Shown here: positions 11,119 to 17,202 of the stretch, piece by piece
Layout of the letters: each line of letters starts with the position of its first letter
How positions within the stretch are numbered: position 1 is the first letter of the stretch
Source of the DNA: Planctomycetota bacterium
Lineage (GTDB): Bacteria; Planctomycetota; Planctomycetia; Pirellulales; Lacipirellulaceae
Direction of reading: 5' to 3'
Length of the DNA stretch: 17,202 bases
Assembly: GCA_039190745.1 (NCBI GenBank)
Contig: JBCCXZ010000071.1
Location: 1-17,202, forward strand
Position numbers and translations under genes: made by a program
The notes under the pieces: generated by a model
Told to the model about the DNA's origin: nothing
The model's database searches: none
The model's input: the letters and a program-made list of their open reading frames with translations, nothing else

Positions 11119-12708
11119 CTACTCCGCTTGCTTGCTGACCATCGTGTCGAGCATCGTGCCGATGAGGGCGGTGGTCTCGGCGCCGCCCGCCGTGCCGCCG
11201 GCGTTCTGGCCGGTGACCATCACCCGGGGGGTGATCGAGATATTGCTCTCGCCCACGATCTTCAGCACCTCCACGAGCGCGGCATTGCCCTTGCCGATCT
11301 GCTCGGCGATGAGCTGGTAGGCGTTGGCCTGGGCCTCGGCCTTGATCTTCACCGCCTCGGCGTCGGCGCCGGCTTGGATGATGATCTTCTCTTTGCTCTG
11401 CTCGGCGATCTTCACCTCGTAGTTGGCCGTGGCGAGGCGTTTTTCCTCTTCGGCCTCTTGCTCCGTTTTGCTGAGCTCCTTGCGCTGCTCGGCGGCGCGT
11501 TGCTGCTCCTTAAAGGTCTCCTGCTCCTGCAGGGCGATTTCGCGGTCGGTCTGGGTCTTGAGCAACTCGCCCAGGGACTCTTTATCGCCGACGTCGCCGA
11601 TGCGGACGGCTTTGATCGTGACGCCGATCTTGCTCATCTCGGCCTGCAGCATTTCCTCGGAATCCGTCTCCTGCTGTGAGCGCTGCTGCACGTAGTTGAG
11701 CGCTTTCACGCCTTCGGCATTGTTGCGGAAGATGGCCCGCACGGCGGAGTTCATCACGCTGCGGAGGCCTTCCTGGTCGTCGCCGACGCTGGCCACCAGC
11801 AGCGGCGCGTCCTTGGGTTTGATCTCGTACTCGACCCGCACGTCAACGGGGAACGTGAAACCGTCGGAAGTACGGACAACGATCTCGGTTTCCTCTTCCT
11901 TGCCGCCGGTCTTCACGCCCTCGCGTGTGGTGTAGAGGACGATCTTGGTCCGGGTTGAGATCGGCGTGACCTCGTAGGCCTTTGAGTGGCTGTACTCGTA
12001 GTACTGGCCGGGGAGGAGCGGGTCGCTCCAGATCCCTAGTTCGCCGGGGTCGACGAGTTTGCGCGTCTCTAGCTCGAGTTCTTCACCGTCCTTGGGAGGG
12101 CTGCCGACGTTGGATTTGACGACGCCGACCTGTGCCTTCTCGATGGTGAGCAACGGCGCGGGGTCGAGCTTGAACAACTTGGTGTTGAAGCGGTACTTGC
12201 CCGGCTTGAGGACCGAGGTCTGCGGTCCCTTGTAGCCGCCCCCGGCGGTGAGGAAGTGCTCGGCGGCGAGCATCTGGCGATCGCTGCCGGCTTCCCACGG
12301 GGGGGCGTAGGTTGTGCCCGGCGGGAGTGGCTGGCCGTCGGCGGCGGTGAGCATGCCGATGCTGCCCTGTTCGATCTCGATCACCTTGGTGAACTCGATC
12401 TTGTAGATGAAGGGCCAATACCAAGGGTGCCAACCCGGCGGCAGGATCCGGGCCTGCGGGCCCTTCTCACCTTCTGTTGCAATGATCTGACCGGACGCCA
12501 ACGACTTCAGACCGATGCTCTTGGAGACAAGCCCGATCTCGTCCTCTGCGATAAAGCGGAACGAACTGAGCGTGAAGAACACGCCGAAGACCATTAGGGC
12601 GGCGACGCCAGCGGCGATACGCATCTGGGAAGACCGGACCTGAGCCGAGCCGGCAATGATCATGCCAGCTCCGATCACGCCCAGCAACAGAAACATCATT
12701 GACGACAT
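11119..12708 (-). CDS. SPFH/band-7 (flotillin-like) membrane protein
   Basis: Two N-terminal hydrophobic helices, an SPFH-like core (IVVRTSDGFTFPVDVRVEY...AVRAIFRN) and an E/Q/A-rich coiled coil. The start is probably ATG 12708; the track's GTG at 12864 overlaps the divergent promoter. Confidence 0.85.
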   Translation of the reverse strand: MSSMMFLLLGVIGAGMIIAGSAQVRSSQMRIAAGVAALMVFGVFFTLSSFRFIAEDEIGLVSKSIGLKSLASGQIIATEGEKGPQARILPPGWHPWYWPFIYKIEFTKVIEIEQGSIGMLTAADGQPLPPGTTYAPPWEAGSDRQMLAAEHFLTAGGGYKGPQTSVLKPGKYRFNTKLFKLDPAPLLTIEKAQVGVVKSNVGSPPKDGEELELETRKLVDPGELGIWSDPLLPGQYYEYSHSKAYEVTPISTRTKIVLYTTREGVKTGGKEEETEIVVRTSDGFTFPVDVRVEYEIKPKDAPLLVASVGDDQEGLRSVMNSAVRAIFRNNAEGVKALNYVQQRSQQETDSEEMLQAEMSKIGVTIKAVRIGDVGDKESLGELLKTQTDREIALQEQETFKEQQRAAEQRKELSKTEQEAEEEKRLATANYEVKIAEQSKEKIIIQAGADAEAVKIKAEAQANAYQLIAEQIGKGNAALVEVLKIVGESNISITPRVMVTGQNAGGTAGGAETTALIGTMLDTMVSKQAE

Positions 12709-12857
12709 CACCCACCCCCGTTGATTGCTTGCTCGCGGGGCTCTTGGGGCTCCGCTTGTAGGAAAACCGTACCTCACAGGTGCTTCGCTGGAGTGCGGAG
12801 AATCTTGGCGATCCCGGGGGGCGTTGGCGGTGTCTGCAAGGGCAGGCGGGCGTTGCG

Positions 12858-12886
12858 TTGACACCCGCCGAGAGCCGGATTAGGCT
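12858..12886 (+). promoter_or_regulatory. Sigma70-type promoter of the cimA leader transcript
   Basis: TTGACA (12858-12863), a 17-nt spacer, then TAGGCT (12881-12886), 43 nt before the leader ATG. Confidence 0.78.
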
Positions 12887-12929
12887 CCCATTTCACGCAC
12901 GCGAACCCGTACAACCGCTTCCGCCCGCA

Positions 12930-13028
12930 ATGCCCGCAGCGTTCCGAATCGCCGAGACCGTCGTTACTGTGCCCTCGATTGGCATCGGGGGCATTGTGAT
13001 TTCGATTACCCGGGAGGCCGGCTCGTAG
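12930..13028 (+). CDS. Attenuator leader peptide MPAAFRIAETVVTVPSIGIGGIVISITREAGS (32 aa)
   Basis: 6 Ile, 4 Val, 3 Thr and 0 Leu codons. The ORF lies between a promoter and an intrinsic terminator upstream of a branched-chain amino acid biosynthesis gene. Confidence 0.82.
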   Translation: MPAAFRIAETVVTVPSIGIGGIVISITREAGS

Positions 13029-13054
13029 GGGGCGTGCGACAGACAGCACACACC

Positions 13055-13089
13055 AACCCCGGGGCCGGCAGCGGCTCCGGGGTTTTTTT
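13055..13089 (+). terminator. Attenuator terminator hairpin
   Basis: AACCCCGGGGCCG-gcag-CGGCTCCGGGGTT followed by TTTTT. Its left arm can pair alternatively with 13017-13032. Confidence 0.9.
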
Positions 13090-13137
13090 GTAGGCAGACG
13101 GAAGGCCTCGCCCATCCCAGCACAGAGTCCATTTCCT

Positions 13138-13171
13138 ATCCTGTCGATCCAGCCGATCCTGTTATCCTGTC
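13138..13171. repeat. Solo copy of the ATCCTGT-type repeat arm
   Basis: ATCCTGTCGATCCAGCCGATCCTGTTATCCTGTC is 32/34 identical to 5184-5217 and 31/34 identical to the reverse complement of 5107-5140. Confidence 0.92.
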
Positions 13172-13201
13172 CGATTCCTAATCCACTCCACCGCGACCGC
13201 C

Positions 13202-14761
13202 ATGAAGATCCAGACCTACGACACCACGCTCCGCGACGGCGCCCAGGGGGAGGGCGTCAACTTCTCGCTGGAGGACAAGCTCCTGATCGCGCGGCGGCTC
13301 GATTCGCTGGGGTTCGACTTTGTGGAAGGGGGCTACCCGCTCTCCAACCCCAAGGACGCCGACTTCTTCGCCCGGCTCGCTGAAGAGCCGCTCAAGCACA
13401 GCAAGGCGTGCGCGTTCGGCATGACCCGCCGCAAGGGCGTCGCAGCGGCGGACGACCCGGGCATGCGGGCGCTGTTGGACTCGCAGGCCCCGGTGATCAC
13501 GATCGTCGGCAAGACCTCCGACTTCCACGCCACGACCGTGCTCAACGTCTCGCTGGAAGAGAACCTCGCGATGATCCGCGAGACGCTCGCCTACCTTAAG
13601 GAGCAGGGACGGGAGGTGATCTACGACGCGGAGCACTTCTTCGACGGGTGGAAGGCGAACCCCGAGTACGCGGCGAAGACCATCCAGGCCGCGGTCGAAG
13701 GCGGGGCGTCGATCGTCGTGATGTGCGACACCAACGGCGGCAGCCTGCCGGAGGAAGTGGCGGAACTGACCAAGGCGGCCGCGGCCGCGGTCGACGTGCC
13801 GCTGGGCATCCACACACACAACGACTGCGAGCTTGGCGTGGCGAACGCGCTCGCCGCGATCGACGCGGGCTGCGTCCACGTGCAGGGCACGATCAACGGC
13901 CTCGGCGAGCGGTGCGGCAACGCCGACCTGGTTTCCGTGATCGGGAACCTGCAGCTCAAGAAGCAGGGCTACGAAGCGCTCTCCGCCGACAACCTGGTAC
14001 ACCTGACCGAGCTCTCGCGGTACGTCTACGAGATCGCGAACATGAACTTCCGCAACGGGCAGGCATTCGTCGGCCCCAGCGCATTCGCCCACAAGGGGGG
14101 GATGCACGTCCACGCGGTGGAGAAGGCCGCTTCGAGCTACGAGCACATCGACCCCGCCACGGTGGGCAACGAGCGGCGGGTGCTCGTGAGCGAGCTCTCC
14201 GGCCGGTCGAACGTCATCGCCTTGGCGAACAAGAGCAACCTCGACACCGACAAAGAGCTGATGAACCGCGTGCTCAAGAAGGTGGTCGACCTGGAGAACG
14301 AGGGCTACCAGTTCGAGGCGGCCGAGGCGTCGTTCGAGCTGCTCCTGCAGAGGCTCGCCGGGACGTTCGCGCCGCACTTCGAGCTGGTGAAGTACCACAC
14401 CAACGTTGAGAGCCGCGGCAACGCGCCGGTGACCGAGGCGACGGTCAAGCTGATCGTAGGCGACGAGGTGCGGCACGAGGTGGCCGAGGGCGACGGCCCG
14501 GTGAACGCGCTAGACTGTGCCCTGAGGAAGGCGCTCGAAACCGACTTCCCCGGGCTGAAAGCGATGCACCTGGTGGACTACAAGGTGCGGGTCATCAACA
14601 GCGACGCGGCCACGGCGGCCCGCGTGCGGGTGGTGATCGAGAGCAGCGACGGCGACGCCCACTGGGGCACGGTTGGCGTGCACGAGAACGTGATCGAAGC
14701 CTCCTGGGCGGCGTTGGTAGACAGCATCGAGTACAAACTCTGCCGCGACGAACGGGGTTAA
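13202..14761 (+). CDS. cimA: Citramalate synthase (LeuA/CimA DRE-TIM family)
   Basis: YDTTLRDGAQGEG, YDAEHFFDG, HTHND, GERCGNADL, AFAHKGGMH, and a regulatory domain (EGDGPVNALD, VDYKVR, WGTVGVHENVIEASW). These match the CimA-type branch rather than classical LeuA. Confidence 0.88.
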   Translation: MKIQTYDTTLRDGAQGEGVNFSLEDKLLIARRLDSLGFDFVEGGYPLSNPKDADFFARLAEEPLKHSKACAFGMTRRKGVAAADDPGMRALLDSQAPVITIVGKTSDFHATTVLNVSLEENLAMIRETLAYLKEQGREVIYDAEHFFDGWKANPEYAAKTIQAAVEGGASIVVMCDTNGGSLPEEVAELTKAAAAAVDVPLGIHTHNDCELGVANALAAIDAGCVHVQGTINGLGERCGNADLVSVIGNLQLKKQGYEALSADNLVHLTELSRYVYEIANMNFRNGQAFVGPSAFAHKGGMHVHAVEKAASSYEHIDPATVGNERRVLVSELSGRSNVIALANKSNLDTDKELMNRVLKKVVDLENEGYQFEAAEASFELLLQRLAGTFAPHFELVKYHTNVESRGNAPVTEATVKLIVGDEVRHEVAEGDGPVNALDCALRKALETDFPGLKAMHLVDYKVRVINSDAATAARVRVVIESSDGDAHWGTVGVHENVIEASWAALVDSIEYKLCRDERG

Positions 14762-14762
14762 T

Positions 14763-14852
14763 CTCTCGCAAAGGCGCTAAGGCGCAACGCAAGAGTCATC
14801 GAACCGCAAACTACTTGTATCAAATCTTTGCGCCTTCGCGCCTTTGCGAGAG
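14763..14852. repeat. Inverted repeat with CGCAAAGG-type tandem units between cimA and valS
   Basis: 14763-14787 CTCTCGCAAAGGCGCTAAGGCGCAA vs 14828-14852 TTGCGCCTTCGCGCCTTTGCGAGAG (24/25 complementary), with a 40-nt AT-richer spacer and no U-tract. Confidence 0.92.
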
Positions 14853-14865
14853 GCTTAGAAATAAC

Positions 14866-17202
14866 ATGGCGACAGACATTCAATCGCTCCCGTCCCAGTA
14901 CGACCACGCCGCGGCGCAGGGGAAGTGGTACGCGTTCTGGGAAGAGCGGGGCTACTTCCACGCGGACGCGGCGAGTGAGAAGCCGCCGTTCTCGGTGGTG
15001 ATCCCGCCGCCGAACGTCACCGGCGCCCTGCACCTGGGGCACGCGCTCAACAACACGCTGCAAGACATCCTCTGCCGCATGCGGCGGATGCAGGGCTACG
15101 AGGTGCTCTGGATGCCGGGCACCGACCACGCAGGCATCGCCACGCAGGCGGTCGTCGAGCGGCGCCTTTTGGAAGAAGAGGGCAAGAGCCGGCACGACTT
15201 AGGTTCTACAACGGCTGAGGCACGCGAGAACCTCGTCGACCGCATCTGGGACTGGAAGCGGGAGTACGAGAAGCGGATCCTGGGGCAGCTCAAGCAGATG
15301 GGCTTCAGCTGCGACTGGGAGCGGCTGCGGTTCACGCTCGACGACCAGTGTGCTCAGGCCGTGCGGGAGACGTTCTTCCGGCTGTTTTCCGACGGCAAAA
15401 TCTACCGCGGCAAGCGGCTGGTGAACTGGGACACGTTCCTGCAGACCGCAGTGAGCGACGACGAGGTGTTCCACGAGCCCGTGAAGGGCCACTTCTGGCA
15501 CTTCCGCTACCCGGTGATTGATCCGAAGCCGGGCGAGCCGGAGTTCGTCACGATCGCCACCACGCGGCCGGAGACGATGCTCGGCGATACCGCGGTGGCC
15601 GTGCACCCCGACCCGGCGAGGCAGCTCGACAAGGTCGAGGCGGAGCTAAAAGAAAAGCTCGCCGCGGCGCCGGACAAAGAGAAGGACGCGGTGCAGGCGG
15701 GGATTGATGCGCTCGCCGAACGGCGGAAGACCAAGCTTGCGGAGTTGAAGCAGCTTTGCGACATGGCCGCCGACGGGCGCATGCTGCGTCTGCCGCTGGC
15801 CGATCGCGAGATCCCGCTGATCGCCGACGTGTGGGCCAAGCCGGAGTTAGGTTCGGGCTGCGTGAAGATCACGCCGGCTCACGACGCGAACGACTACGAA
15901 GTGTGGCAACGCAACCTGGAGATTGGCGCCGTCAACATCATGGAGCGCGACGGCACGCTCAACGACGCCGTGCCGGAGAAGTACCGCGGCCTCACAATGA
16001 AGAAGGTCCGCACGGCGGTGGTCGACGACTTGACCGAGCTAGGCCTGCACGACCCCGAGACCGACCGCGAAGACCGAGAGATCGACCTCGCGCACTCCGA
16101 CCGCTCAAAGACGCCCATCGAGCCGTACCTGGCGGACCAGTGGTTCGTGAAGATGGACGAGGTGTCTGATGGTCCGGGCTCTGGCGAACCCGGACTTGCT
16201 CAAACGGCGATGGACGCCGTCACCGACGGGCGGGTGAAGATCGTCCCCGACCGGTACGCGAAGAGCTACCTCGACTGGCTCGGCGAGAAGCGCGACTGGC
16301 CGGTGGGCCGCCAGTTGTGGTGGGGGCACCGGATCCCGGTTTGGAGTATTGATGCAGAAGAAGCAAGAAAGCGTATTTCGGAGTTGCAAGCCGCGGGCTT
16401 CACGGAGATCGACGATGCAGCATTCGCCCTTGCCGACGATGGTCTTGAGGATGAGGTTGCGGACCAAGAACACAAGGATGAGGAAGGAAAGGTCTACGCT
16501 TACACCGATTTCGGACACCCAATCTACACTTGCGTTGGGTGGAACCAGCCCGAATTCGAGAAGCGTTTAGCCGTTCTTGGGTTCGAACAATCTGAAGAAG
16601 TCCTCGACACATGGTTCTCCAGCGCCCTCTGGCCGCACTCGACGATGGGGTGGCCGGACGGGACTGCCGAACTCGATAAGTTCTACCCGACGAGCACGCT
16701 CATCACGTCCCGCGACATCATCACGCTGTGGGTCGCGCGGATGGTGTTGATGGGCGAGTTCAATATGAACAACATCCCCTTCGACGAGGTTTACATCCAC
16801 CCAAAAATCCTCGACGGGTACGGCGAGACGATGTCGAAGTCAAAGGGCAACGGGGTGGACCCGCTCGACATCATCGACAAGTACGGGGCCGACTCGCTGC
16901 GGTTCGGGCTGGCGTACCTTACCACCGAGACGCAGGACGTGCGGATGCCGGTGGAGTTCGAGTGCCCGCACTGCAGCTGCCGCATCAAGCAAACCAAGAA
17001 GAACCGCGTGCTGCCGCGCGTGGAGTGCGACTCCTGCGGCAAGCCGTTCGGCACGCAGTGGTCCGCCTCCCACGGCACGGAGGAGGACAAACAGCTGCTC
17101 CGCGGCGCCGCGGTGAGCGAGCGGTTCGAGCTGGCCCGCAACTTCTGCAACAAGCTGTGGAACGCTTCGCGGTTCGCGCTGCTGAACCTCGAAGGCTACG
17201 AG
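14866..17202 (+). CDS. valS: Valine--tRNA ligase; continues past the right edge
   Basis: Manually translated, open throughout: IPPPNVTGALHLGH (HIGH motif, 15031-15042), PGTDHAGIATQ, ATTRPETMLGD, GCVKITPAHD, RQLWWGHRIP, VLDTWFSSALWP, TMSKSKGN (KMSKS motif, 16828-16842) and RNFCNKLWNASRF. Confidence 0.97.
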   Translation, partial: MATDIQSLPSQYDHAAAQGKWYAFWEERGYFHADAASEKPPFSVVIPPPNVTGALHLGHALNNTLQDILCRMRRMQGYEVLWMPGTDHAGIATQAVVERRLLEEEGKSRHDLGSTTAEARENLVDRIWDWKREYEKRILGQLKQMGFSCDWERLRFTLDDQCAQAVRETFFRLFSDGKIYRGKRLVNWDTFLQTAVSDDEVFHEPVKGHFWHFRYPVIDPKPGEPEFVTIATTRPETMLGDTAVAVHPDPARQLDKVEAELKEKLAAAPDKEKDAVQAGIDALAERRKTKLAELKQLCDMAADGRMLRLPLADREIPLIADVWAKPELGSGCVKITPAHDANDYEVWQRNLEIGAVNIMERDGTLNDAVPEKYRGLTMKKVRTAVVDDLTELGLHDPETDREDREIDLAHSDRSKTPIEPYLADQWFVKMDEVSDGPGSGEPGLAQTAMDAVTDGRVKIVPDRYAKSYLDWLGEKRDWPVGRQLWWGHRIPVWSIDAEEARKRISELQAAGFTEIDDAAFALADDGLEDEVADQEHKDEEGKVYAYTDFGHPIYTCVGWNQPEFEKRLAVLGFEQSEEVLDTWFSSALWPHSTMGWPDGTAELDKFYPTSTLITSRDIITLWVARMVLMGEFNMNNIPFDEVYIHPKILDGYGETMSKSKGNGVDPLDIIDKYGADSLRFGLAYLTTETQDVRMPVEFECPHCSCRIKQTKKNRVLPRVECDSCGKPFGTQWSASHGTEEDKQLLRGAAVSERFELARNFCNKLWNASRFALLNLEGYE

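Noticed and set aside
12709..12864. 52-aa N-terminal extension of the SPFH protein
   Set aside because: Pro/Arg/Ser-rich with atypical codons, and its GTG overlaps the -35 box of the divergent promoter. The exact start is still uncertain.
12890..13089. T-box riboswitch for cimA/valS
   Set aside because: No AAUUnnGGUGGnACCRCG-like T-box motif is present. The leader peptide model explains the region.

Overview
High-GC bacterial chromosomal segment, probably from a Planctomycetota (Pirellulales-like) organism; this is inferred from gene style and insertions, not proven. It holds mostly housekeeping genes: ppdK (cut by the left edge), nfi, lpxA, a small TPR protein, a DUF3467-like protein, rsmG, truB, ftsK, a secreted serine hydrolase, an SPFH protein, cimA and valS (cut by the right edge). 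ppdK and valS are missing from the ORF track and were translated by hand. No tRNA, rRNA, CRISPR array, transposase or integrase is visible. The three most interesting signals are: (1) a complete ribosome-dependent attenuator before cimA (sigma70-like promoter, 32-aa Ile/Val/Thr-rich leader peptide with no Leu, antiterminator, terminator), possibly also controlling valS; (2) palindromic elements whose arms are tandem 8-9-nt units, in three sequence flavours, with one nested inside another between rsmG and truB, a solo arm in the cimA leader and a pair between cimA and valS; (3) a valS gene with several insertions, including an ~85-codon in-frame block of foreign codon usage.
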